Below, piece by piece: positions 1-11,340 of a DNA stretch of 64,000 nucleotides. A program made the translations under genes and the position numbers. A model generated the notes under the pieces. The model saw only the letters and a program-made list of their open reading frames with translations. It was not told the DNA's origin and searched no databases. The DNA is taken from contig OZ316775.1 of the NCBI GenBank assembly GCA_973851085.1, forward strand, positions 13,516,001 to 13,580,000, read 5' to 3'. Every line of letters begins with the position of its first letter. The first letter of the stretch is position 1. Source of the DNA: Ptychomitrium polyphyllum. Lineage: Eukaryota.

Positions 1-156
1 AACCTCTCTAATTATTTTATGCCTAAATTATGTGATATTTTAAAATGATGCCAATGGCATTGTTTTCAAGTAATGATTCCATTTTAGTTTTTTATTAAAT
101 TAAATTTTGGTATATGCATTAAAAATGGACTAATATTATTTAGGAAAATCATTAAT

Positions 157-213
157 GCACCAAATATGCAAATGAGCACCAAATATGCAAATGAACACCA
201 AATGTGTACAAAA
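157..213. repeat. 19-bp tandem repeat GCACCAAATATGCAAATGA (2 exact copies plus 1 degenerate)
   Basis: Read directly: units start at 157, 176 and 195. Confidence 0.85.
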
Positions 214-3200
214 ATTGTACATAGTGAATATGAATAATTTTTATGAATGTTAATTTACACATTTTTAGAAATAATATTGAGAGAAAATTTCAGCTTTGAG
301 TTATTATTATCACCAAATTGTATAAGAATAACATCATAAAGTCTTACAAACAAGTCATGGAAAAAGAAAAATATTATGTGTTGTAATAATTAATCAATAA
401 ATCACTTAGCCATTCTAAATTAAGTATACAAATCTAAGTGTTTGTCAATGATGCACCATTTACAACTGTAGATAATTGTAGTCCTTCAATTGAGGTATTT
501 GGTTATTTTTCAAAATCTTCAAAAGAGTATAAATCCATTCTACAATAGAATAAGCTATATTGAAAATATAGCTCTAATCTTTAACATCAAAATAATATAA
601 AAGGGTCAAACCAATTATTTTTCTATGTAAACTTAAAAGATGCTCTAGGAATCAAATTTAATAGATTGCTTCAAAGACTTAATAGATGTTCTAGAATTAA
701 ATTTATATGACAAATCATTAGGCATTGCTTATCAACTTTTAGACAAGTATCCATGAAAAATATCCCCAACCAAGTTCTTTTAATTTTACATCATGTTACC
801 AAACAACATAATAAAAAGTAATCCTAAATAGGTTTTGACTTTAAATGGTCAATACTACATACATATAGTCAATATCTTAAAAAAATTGGATCAAGAACTA
901 GCATATTGTGATGTAGTGAGATATTATTATATTTATTTGTGTTTGGATAGAAAATTATTGTCATCCATTATATTCACCAAAATCATCCAAATTTGGTAAG
1001 TTCGACCAAATTTTAAATATAATTTATTACATTTGCTGCTTCTCCTCCATCTCTTAAATTATGTTTTAAGCACACAAGTTAATTTTGGTGCTCTTACTCT
1101 ATAAATGGCCTGAAATTCTCAGGCCATTTATAGGATGATATAAGAACATGATTTAAAGTATTTTCTCATACATCTTGTCAAAGTTGGTCCAGAGCACACT
1201 AATTTCTTATGCACAAGTGAACACAAACACAAAATGGAGTTACACTGGCAGTGTAACACCATGACTCATTTGGTGTGTTGCCATGTTTGCAGCCAATCGC
1301 AGAAAAAGGCAGCAGCACCGTCCAACCAATCAGCTGGTGCCCTGGTGCTCTCTTGAGCCACCCATGTGCCCCCCTCTCCTTTGGATATTTTCAGTCCTTA
1401 AACTTATGACTACGGGAAGTACCACCCATCTTGGTTCAAAAAGTATTTCTGGGGCCACTCCATCATGAGCTCAGCTTCCAAATTTCCATGAAGCTGTCCT
1501 GTTTGTATGCATCACTACGGACGGTCTCATTACAGTTGAGTGGCCCTACCCCCTTGATGATGAGTGCAGGATAGAATTTTGGTGGCTAGTGGTGGCACCC
1601 TCGCATAGGTTGTTCAAGAGTGTCATATTGAATTTACATGCCTTGACACTTTTTCATCTAGTAGGTAGTACATTTCTCCAGGCTCTCTCTGTCAGTCACT
1701 TTCTAGCCCCTTGTAAAAGACTAGGCAGTAGCTGCACATAAACCTAACTAACTTAATACCATACCATGGTGAGGCAAAGTCTTTGCTTTGCACTACTGAA
1801 CTTGGAGGCATGGTTGCAAGCTTTGAGACACCAGCATGATCTTTTTGGCTGAGTCATGCCTTAAATTGATAATCAATTGGGTCTGGTCGGGAAATCTTGG
1901 GCCCTTTTCCAACCTTGCTTCATTTGGACCACCACTACAATGCCCTATGCCTTGATGAAAGGTTTTGCCCTGCACACACAAACATACACACAGTGTCCCA
2001 GGTGATGGAAAAGTGAATAGCTGCACACACTCCTTGTTGAAATTCTAGAACAACTGATTCAGTCACCAAGAAGTCAAGTCTGGATGATCAGACCCCAGTT
2101 CAATCTGAGATTAACCGTGCATCACCAAATCACCCAGAAAGTTTGGATCAATGTTTCATCCAGATGGGAACTTCTAATTGCTCTGTTCAAATTCAAACTC
2201 TCAATCAGGTACAAAGTGTGGTTAAGACACTCACCATAAATTGTGTTGGGAATTTTGAGTAAATCTTTAAAATTAGGTAATAACATCAAATCTTATGATG
2301 TTCAAACTAAAGCTTCATTTGAGATACACAATGTATGTGACTTTGCTACACGACTCCTTCAATTTACATGATCTACACCAATGATTGGAAAACTTTATTT
2401 ATTTATTGTGGGCTTTGAGGTAATTCAGTACCGTAATGGTGTTGAAATTTAGGATAATCTTAATTCAAGTAAATATTTGTTGAAATTCTTCCCATCTAAG
2501 AGGACATTAATTTATTTTAGCACTAAATATAATAAGAAATTATCATATGTAGAGATATCCATTATACATTCTTGTAGTAAACTTATTGTAAATAACATAG
2601 AATAAACTAGAAGTTAAGATTCCTTATAGATTAATACATTATAATGTTTGAATGTTAACAAATGATTTTTAAACTTAGTTGGTGGCACTTTGGAATACAT
2701 TTTTTATTCCTAAACCTATTATAATAGAACAAAATTTTCTTTAGAAAGTCGTATAGCATAATTTCCAAAAACATATTGCTACAATATAAATATAAAAAAC
2801 TATAAATCCAAAGTGGCCTTAAAATAGTTAAATTAGATTTTCAAATATAAAAGTAAAAGGTGTTCAAAACCAAGTCTATTTGAACTAAAATGTTTCAAAT
2901 TGTGTATTGCATCTTAAATCATTGTTAAACTTTTACTATATGAACTAGATTTGATTAAAAATCCAATACAATAATTTTTATTAAAATTCTAGGCTACATG
3001 GAAAAGAAATCACCACCTCAAAATTTTAGTTATTAAAGGTAATAAAATGTGTATGTTGGCACCTTTAGGAAATAATTTAAAGTATTTACAATTAGAGTAT
3101 TATTGCATGTAAACTTTAAATTCAAATTTTTTCATTTGGTTTTTCATACTCAAATACAAAACCATACATTAGCTCTTTAATTCTTGTTTTTTAATTTTAT

Positions 3201-6096
3201 AAGCACTAAATAGATAACACATGGCATTTCAAATTAGACTTTATTTCTTTTATCTATTTAAAATTTTTACTGCATTTTCATTGTCATTTTCATTGAAGCC
3301 TTTTGAAATCTTTTTATATGAATTCTTCTTTCATTTGTCCTTTATTGTTGTTGTATATGCACAATTTCAAAGTTTCAAAAGGAAATTACTATACAAAAAA
3401 TGCGTTAAAAGTAGAGTTTGAAATAAAATATCTAAATGTAATTGAAAACATAAATTTTGATGAGCTTGATTATTTTTAACTTGCATTTAAAAAAAATAAG
3501 ATAATCCATGATTTGATGATGAAGTTGAAATCTCCATGAAGATTCTTTGCAATAAAAACAAAATTTACATTAAAAATAATTTTGTGCAAATTTGTTTCAT
3601 TGTCATCCAGTTGCTTTTTCATTTTAGCTAATTTTCATTTCAACACCTGTTTTTAACATTGTATACAACCTTTATCTTATTTTTTAATCCTTATAAAATC
3701 TTAAAATCCAAGTTTAGTCTGGATTTTGGAACCTTATATTAATAAGTATAAAACTTGTAATCCTTTGGTCTACTTTGCCATGTTAGCATCTGCAACATTT
3801 GTAATATGTATTTAGAGAGCTTTACTTATTATCTATTGCACTTATAAGATGACTTTGGTATAAAATATTTAATGTAATTGCAATGTAAAAAATATAAATA
3901 ATAAGCCTCAATAGTTGTATAAGTATAAAGTTTAAAAAAGAATATACATCTTACAAAAGGAAATGATTGAAAAATTGGTTGAGTATTTAAATTATATTTA
4001 AGAATATATTGAAATGGTTAAACGAAGTTAGGCCTTTAAATGCAATATTGAATAGGTTTTATATTGAGAAAAGTGGGTTTTTTTTGATAAAAAAAGGCCT
4101 CATCACTCATAACACTTATATAATAAAATTTCTACTTAAATTGGTGTATAATGTGATTTTAAATTATGAAGATTAATTTACATTAGATTTTGAAGAAAAA
4201 TATATAATGCACAAAGATTAATATATGACAAGTTTTGAATGAAAATTTGATGATTATGCATGCAATAAGTGGTTGTTATTAAACATTTTTTACATGGTAT
4301 AGGCTATTAGATAATGCAATGTTTATAAAAAAGCCCACATTAGACATGCTTAAAGTATAAAATGATGTTTATTTTCAAACTATTTGGTCATTTAAACTCA
4401 TAATTATGTGTTCTAATTTAAGATATTAAATAACTTGGATCCTAAGATGTTTTGTATAATATAAAATTTTATTTAAAACAATCTAAATTAAAATAAGAAC
4501 TTTCAAATAATCTAAATTATTTTAAAAAGGGGATTTTTCATATTTAGAATAAAGAATGTAATTGTTATTTGGATGTTTGATGGATCAATTTAATGATTAT
4601 TTTAAGAATATTGTAGGAATACCTATTGAAATTTCATAATTAATTCAAATGAAATAAAAATTGCTTGTTATTTAATTAACTTAAGTTATTTTTTTTTTGG
4701 TTTTTTTGTTAGTAGAAACATACATCTTTTTGTTTCATCTAATACTTCCCAAGAATCTAGATTTGAGATGGTGAATGTATTCAAATTGCTTCTTAGATTA
4801 TTATTAGTTATTATTTTGCATCCATTATATTTATTCTTAATCCTTGGATCAATTGATCAACACTAAAATGGTTTAGATTTTTGCAAGGTTTTTGTAATAA
4901 TATTTTACAAATATCAAGTTAAAAGCACGCTTTACCAAATTTTGACTTTTTTGCTTTAAAATTGAACCTTTTGGTAGTACAATTCTAAATTTGAGTTGCT
5001 CAAAAATATCAAAAGTTCCTATTGTTGAGTCCATTAAAAGAAAATTAATAAAATAATTGTCAATTATCTATTTAACACTAAGTTTAAAAGTAGTCACAAT
5101 GTGTTTGCTTAAAAAAATACTCAATACTATAGATGATGACAAGAGTAGATCCAATTTAAAGAAAATTACTTTTAGAGTATAAGCTATGAAATATTTTTAA
5201 ACATGCAAAATAAAAATAGGCATTAGAGTTGAATTTATAATGTGTCCTTTTAAAATGTCACATGTCCAGTGACCTAAAGGAGGTAAGAAGTTAAAAATTA
5301 AAAAGTGATTTTGCATTCACAGGAATCTACATGTTTGACCAAGCTGTACACTGAAGTTTATATTTTGATGTTGTTAGCATCATGAAATTGGACCTTGTCA
5401 TTCCAAGTTACCGCCAATTATACATGATTTCAGCGTGCCAGTAATTTCACCCACACAACAAGCAGTAAGATGTTAGGAAGTGTGAAACTAAAGGGAGAAG
5501 TCTCTTTCCAATGTGTTGGAGGTTGCAGGCACCAACTTTGTAATGCTCCAGCAGCACAGTGGGCTCGTACTGCAGCGTTCAGCTTACTTTTGCAAGCACC
5601 GGCCATGTCAGAAAACCCAAATACTCTCTCTTCCAGTACCACCACCCCCACCTTTTTAATAGTATTTCCGTGTTGGCATCTTCACAGTGATCCCCTTCCA
5701 GCACTGAGGGTTCCCATTTCCCTCTAAAGCAGGCCAGTAAATCCATTCTCTGCACTTTCCCCAGGATGAGCCTTGTCTGGCATTGCCAACCCAGCTGATT
5801 TGTGCATTTCATCAACAACAGCAACAACATGTTGCCTTTGTTTCTTTTGTCGAAAGTTTGAATTGTCTACATCCCCATACCTCACCAACACAAGAAAAAC
5901 AATAGAAAATGGCCTTGAACATTTTAACTAAACTAGGTCTATACAAGTTGCCACAAAAAAAGCATTTTAGGTACTCCTTCCTAACCTACCAGTACTGGAC
6001 AAGTTGTAGAAATGTCCCAAACACTTATCAATTCCATCCCCCCACCAGTTGTTTACATATACAACCTACGATCTCATGCCAATTTCTCACCCAATA

Positions 6097-6129
6097 CCCC
6101 TAACCATACTCCCCTAACCATACTCCCCT
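6097..6129. repeat. 14-bp tandem duplication CCCCTAACCATACT (x2.4)
   Basis: Read directly: units start at 6097 and 6111, partial unit at 6125. Confidence 0.8.
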
Positions 6130-6926
6130 GCTCACCTACCCAAACATCGCTCATCAAACAGTACGTATATTAAACGCATCCTATTCGTAAAAAGCTTTCC
6201 TACTAGTAAAAGCTTCCCTACTCAACTCAACGCTGGAAAAACAAACACCCCCAAAATTTCAAACTATTATATTCGCGTGGCAATCCACACCCCAATTCTG
6301 GTTTCCCTCACCTCGTTCTCACCGCCCGTTCCCGAAAAGCGGGGTCGAACGTTTGAGCTGGCAGATGTACAGCCATGGTTCCCACGACCGATCCTATCCA
6401 TCCCTCGCATGTCCATCCACCTCTCATCCAGAATCGGTCGTCGCGCTTCGTTCGATGGCTTAGTCGTGCCCACGGATAGAGTCCAAGAGGGTAAATAATT
6501 TCCACAACCCGAAACAAAGAAAAAGAAAAGACGAACCCCAGAAAAAGAGAGAAAGCCGGTAACTAACTGCAACTGAGGGTGTCCGTGCCGCCGGAACCCC
6601 GCTAAACCGGTTCTCGGCTAACCGAACCGGGTCAACTGCCTCCAGAGTCGAGTGTACCATTTATAGATCTTTAGATCTATGGAATTTGTTGTTTCAACCA
6701 CTTCTGGTGATCCAGGAGCTCTTGAATCTACGAAGCTTCTGGATCCCGTTGTGCGGCGAGTCTGTGGTTGGGGCCCTCACGGTGCTGGCGTTGCCCGCAG
6801 TCTGAGAGATTGGCGCGACGATGCACGAGAGGAAGATCCGCGCGGGATGTAGTTCGTAGTACGAGTTACAGCTTGGTTGTGTTTAATGGTGGATTGGTGA
6901 TGACTGCAGTAAAAAGCTAGGGAAGT

Positions 6927-6976
6927 GCAGGGGCAGGGGCAGGGGCAGGGGCAGGGGCAGGGCAGGGCAGGCAGGG
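6927..6976 (+). repeat. (GGGGCA)n/(GGGCA)n G-rich minisatellite, G-quadruplex-capable, upstream of the NYN gene
   Basis: Five GGGG runs and three GGG runs, mostly separated by CA. Confidence 0.85.
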
Positions 6977-7085
6977 CGGTCGTGGTGGTGTGGTCGTTGA
7001 GGTCGTTCATGTGGGGTCGATCATCGTTGCGGGTGCGAGTGAGGAGCTAGCGAGGCGGCAGCAGCAGGCAGCCTGGGCTGCGTTG

Positions 7086-7944
7086 CAATATAATTATCAC
7101 TCGCGCCCTCTCGCTGACTCCGTCGTTGCGCTCTACCCTTCTTCATCTTGTGCCGGGGATGCGAGAGCCCTCTGCCTCGTTTCCCATTTTTTTCTCAGGG
7201 TGATTGATGAGTTTGTTAGTTGGAGGTGGTCCGTCACTGCCCGCTTGATGAGCCACAGCGAGTGAGTTGTGAGGAGTTCCACAGTTTTGGTTGGGTTGGT
7301 GAGTTGATTGGGGGGGGTTGGTGGATGGGAGGGAGGGAGTGATTGCTTAGGCGCGGGTGAGGAGAAGGATTCATGGTGCAGGGTGTGTAAGTGATGGCTG
7401 GCGTGGTGGCCGGGGAAGCGCTGAGGAGGATGAGCATAGCGTTGGAGGCGATGTTGGCGAGGTTCTTGTGGTGAGCGTGGGGGGCCAGGCGCTTCGTTCG
7501 TTTGAGTTTTGTGATTGGAGTCACGTTGCCCTTCGTCCCCCGCACACCTGTTTCATGAGGTGAGTGACGAATCGATCTCCTTTCGTGAGCACGGACATAC
7601 AGACAGAGTCATCTTGTCCGTTTCGTTCCAAATTGGTGTCAATTTGAGTGAGCGATTGTTTAATTGACGCTCTGGTGCACGAGCACGGATACAGTAAACA
7701 GGGGGCGCAATAGAGCTGTAGAGCGTGATGGGTTCGTATTCTTGGTCGCAGATGTAGCGTGCGAGGTTTAGGTCGCAAGAGGGCGAATCCATAATCTTGG
7801 TTATTTTAGGAGTGTACATTTTAAAGTAGAGGAGCATTGCTACGATTGGATTGAGGTCGAACTTTGGTCGTCAATTTTGCTCGGGAAGCGTGTGCCGCAA
7901 GAATACAATCGACTTACGAGTTCGCTGCTTGGTTTTGAATCCAG
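7086..7944 (+). promoter_or_regulatory. Putative core promoter and 5' leader of the NYN gene, with uORFs and a leader intron
   Basis: TATA-like AATATAATTA at ~7086, then a pyrimidine-rich patch. GTGAGT donors at 7262 and 7560, acceptor TTTTGAATCCAG ending 7944. uORFs at 7159-7203 and 7207-7248. The TSS is inferred, not observed. Confidence 0.5.
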
Positions 7945-8026
7945 CTAGAAGAGCTAGCATATCGGTTGCGTTACAAGATTGCTTGGCGCTGCCACTTCCA
8001 AACCTGCAGTAATCGTCATCCTAGCA

Positions 8027-10277
8027 ATGGCCTCACATCCTGCGCCTCCTCTGCGATCTCTCACCCCTGTGCGGCGGAACGCGGGGCTGGATGCTGCCGC
8101 TGCGCGATCGCAGAGCTACCACGCTCGCGCGAGTCCCATCCAGCAGCAGGTGATGTCGCCGCGGCCCTCCGGGCCTGTGGCCATTCTGTGGGACATTGAG
8201 AACTGTCCCGTGCCTGTGGAAGTGAACGCAGAAGACGTAGCCGGCAACATCCGGATTGCGCTCCGGGATCACCCACACATCGGCGCGGTCACCATGTTCT
8301 CGGCCTACGGCGACTTCAACCACTTCCCGAAGAAGGTCCGCGAGGGCTGCCAACGCACGGGCGTGAACCTCATCGATGTGCCCAACGGGAAAAAGGACGC
8401 GGCCGACAAGGCTATCCTCGTGGACATGTTTTTGTTCGCGCTCGATAACCCGCCCCCGTCCACTATCTTCCTTGTCACAGGCGACGTCGACTTCGCCCCT
8501 GCGCTCCACAAGCTTGGCCAGCGCGGCTATGTCGTGGTGCTCGTCATCCCCGATGGCGTCGGGGTGTCCCCCGCGCTCCGTGGTGCCGGGCGCTACGTCT
8601 GGGACTGGCCCTCGCTCTGCCGCGGCCAGGGCCTCGTCGAAGTGACCTCGACCTCCCGACGCCGCTCTCCGAGCGTAGTCCACAGCCACAACCTCTACTC
8701 GTCCGAGCCCGCATCTCAATACTCCGAGTACGAGCCCCGCAACGTCGTCCCCGTTTCCGACGACGACGATCACGTCTACGGCGAAGAAATTCTCGTGCAA
8801 CGGAAGCCCGTGAGTACGTACAACAACCCGACCCTCCCGTTTCCATCTTCCCATACTCCCATCGACTATGGCCACCAGGCATACAACCTCCCCGGCGTGC
8901 AAGTGCATCCTCAGGGCAGCGCCGTTCGGCCCATGCGCCAGAGCAACGTCACCTCGACGCCGCCATCGGCCCGAAACCAAGGCATGTTCAGCAACCGATC
9001 TTCGTTTCCTACTCCAGAAGCTGCTCCTGCTGTGCCTTCCTTCCAGGGTGCTCAGCCGGGCGAATTGGGGTTTTCTAATTCGGAGGTGGTGGTGGCGGAG
9101 CCGACGAGCCCGGGTGGAACGATGAACTCGTGGGTGCAGCCTGGCGACCTCGCCGGGCTTAAGAAGCAGCTGGAGTGGTTGGTCAAACAGAATGGCGGCA
9201 AGATGACCCTGGTGAAGGTGCCGGCGGAGTACAACAAGCAGTATGGTCGACCGCTGTATCTCGCTGAGTATAACGTCCTCAAGCTCGTCCACCTCGTGGA
9301 GAAGATGAAAGACACGCTCGCACTCAGAGGCGATGGCACTTCCCGCACCTTGCACTTGGTGGAGAAAGAGAGGGTCAAGTCTCGTAACAATAAGTACAAG
9401 CCTTCCAGCAACAGGGCGATCGTTCCGAAGGGTGACAAAGACAGGTGGGATAGAGCTCCATCTCTTGGAATCGTTATCTTTGGATTGTTTAATGTGCTAG
9501 TGGAATTGGAGTTGATGTGTTTTTTGGGTTTTCTTTTGATGTGGTAGGGATGGCAGTGAGGACTCTGATCCTGAGGTGACAGTGAAGGAGGTGAAGGAGA
9601 CGATAAAGACTGAGTTTCCTGATGGTGTGAGCAAGCGGCACTTGCTGGATATGGATATGGACGATGTGAAGCCTGCTCTTAATGCACTTCCTGCGGACTG
9701 GGGTTCGGTGACGGATTTGAAGGGGAAGCCTGATGCGACCACCAAGACTGAAACTGTTATCAACGTTGAAGAGGTATAAGATCTATTAAGGCTTTTTGTG
9801 TTGTTTGGATGCTGAAACGGAAGTCAGTTTCTGATTGTTGAATAATTGTTGTTCTTATGTGTTATGGTTGCAAATTTGTTTTCTGTAGATTTATAAAGCT
9901 GAAGATTATGAGGACGACTCGAAGTTGGCTTATTTTAAGCGCGAGCTTCAAGAGCTGTTGGTCTTGTACGCTTACAACATCTCACTGAAGACTTTCGTGA
10001 AGCTTTACTTGAAACGATATGCTCGGCCCCTCGAACTACAATCCTTCGGCGTAGACAGCTTGGAGGCCTTATTTCAGAAGGTACTAATTCTTTGTCAAAA
10101 GAGCCTTCTATGTGCTTTTTACAGCAGGCACCGTGCTTAGTTATTAAAAATTTAAAAATCGTTTAACTATCTTAACCTTGTTCTTAAACTTGGCAGGTCA
10201 AGGATGTTGCTGTACTGAAAGAAAGGACTGTCAAGGGAGAGCCCCCAAGTAAGGAGGTCTTTGTTGTTGCTGTGTGA
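8027..10277 (+). CDS. DNE1: NYN-domain endoribonuclease with two OST-HTH/LOTUS domains (DNE1/MARF1-like), 638 aa
   Basis: Exons 8027-9444, 9548-9773, 9889-10080, 10197-10277; all GT-AG and phase-consistent, 1917 nt. NYN motifs GPVAILWDIENCPVP, KDAADK and TGDVDF keep their acidic catalytic residues. OST-HTH-like segments LKKQLEWLVKQNGG..VPAEYNKQYGRPLYL and FKRELQELL..FVKLYLKRYARPLELQSFGVDSLEALF. The ORF track starts at a TTG (7979); the first ATG is 8027. Orthology to Arabidopsis DNE1 is recognised from architecture and motifs, not from a search. Confidence 0.92.
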
Positions 10278-11196
10278 AGACCATAAGGGAGCTCAATCTG
10301 CGAATCAATATCCAAGAATTGACATCAAATCTTGAACTCTACTTTCAGTTCTGGACCAGTTACTGCCTTCTTCATTCTAAACGACATAAAAGTCGGTTTT
10401 CATCGAGCAAAAGGGGTCACCTAACTTGCGACGATTTCTATTATCTGCATGTCAATTGTCTACAGTGTGGAGCGCTTCAACTGGAGATCAGAGTATCATC
10501 TACGCCGATTCAATACCTTTTGTCTTTGGAGTTGATCTTATAGTTGTAGTAGCACTACCACAATCTGATCTGGCGAGAAAATAACTCTGCCAGTGGCTTA
10601 CGTGTGTTGGTTTTGTTTTACTTGTACTGAAGAAATTATACGGCCGGCCTACATCGGAGTTGAATCGGTTAATCCCTCTCAAACAGCGACTTCTCAAAAT
10701 AGGTAGGAAGCTCACTTTGCTTGCTCAAGAGGAACTAAACAGAGTTGGATCTCTCTGGACTTGAATATCCAAAGGGTAATTTTTCCCATCCCTTTGGCAA
10801 ACGAATTCCTAAATTCTGAGCTCTGAAGACCCGTGGCGCATCACTGAAGCGAGTAGTGGAAGATTCTTTGTACCAAGTTAGTAACGGTGCTCTATTTAGA
10901 CCACCACGACCGTATCTGTAGCAACTTTTGGTTGGACCTTAAGGTGGAGCCCTTGTGCCGACTTTTTGAGGCACTTGGCTCATTCATCATCTATCATTAT
11001 TTTCCTGTTATAGTTCTAGACTCGATTCAAGTAGTTCCTAAAGAAGCTGGAAAGCTGGTGGTTTGAGCCGATTTTTGAAGGCTATCAAACCAAGTTCTCC
11101 TCCTAGCAGAAGTCAATATGAGAAATCTTCTTCCTTCCGACCTGTCCATCAGCCGACTGCAACTGGCGAGGAAGTGACGTGACAACCTCATTTAAG

Positions 11197-11340
11197 GTAA
11201 GAATATCATTTAATCACAATATTTACAATGAATTTTCCAAGTATTGCTTCTGGTCTTCATTGAAGTTGGTTAGTACAACTGGGTTTAGTTTATTTTGGTT
11301 TTTGTGATATGCTCTAACTTGGCAGTTTCTGTTTGTACAG
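11197..11340 (+). other. Putative 3'UTR intron of the NYN gene
   Basis: AAG|GTAAGA donor at 11197, T-rich interior, CTAAC branch-like motif at ~11314, TTTGTACAG acceptor ending 11340. Confidence 0.6.

Noticed and set aside
6097..6129. Interstitial telomeric repeat
   Set aside because: CCCTAACC occurs within a 14-bp unit, not a (CCCTAAA)n array.
6777..7010. ORF with PCPCPCPC, superficially metallothionein-like
   Set aside because: Translation of the GGGGCA repeat; no other support.
8033..9355. 440-aa antisense ORF over the NYN exon
   Set aside because: Shadow ORF expected from GC3-rich codons on the sense strand. It is His/Arg/Val-rich with no recognisable domain.
7979..9547. ORF-track protein of 522 aa with a hydrophobic C-terminal tail (possible TM)
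   Set aside because: The tail is read-through into intron 9445-9547 and the N-terminus starts at TTG. The spliced model restores the second OST-HTH domain.
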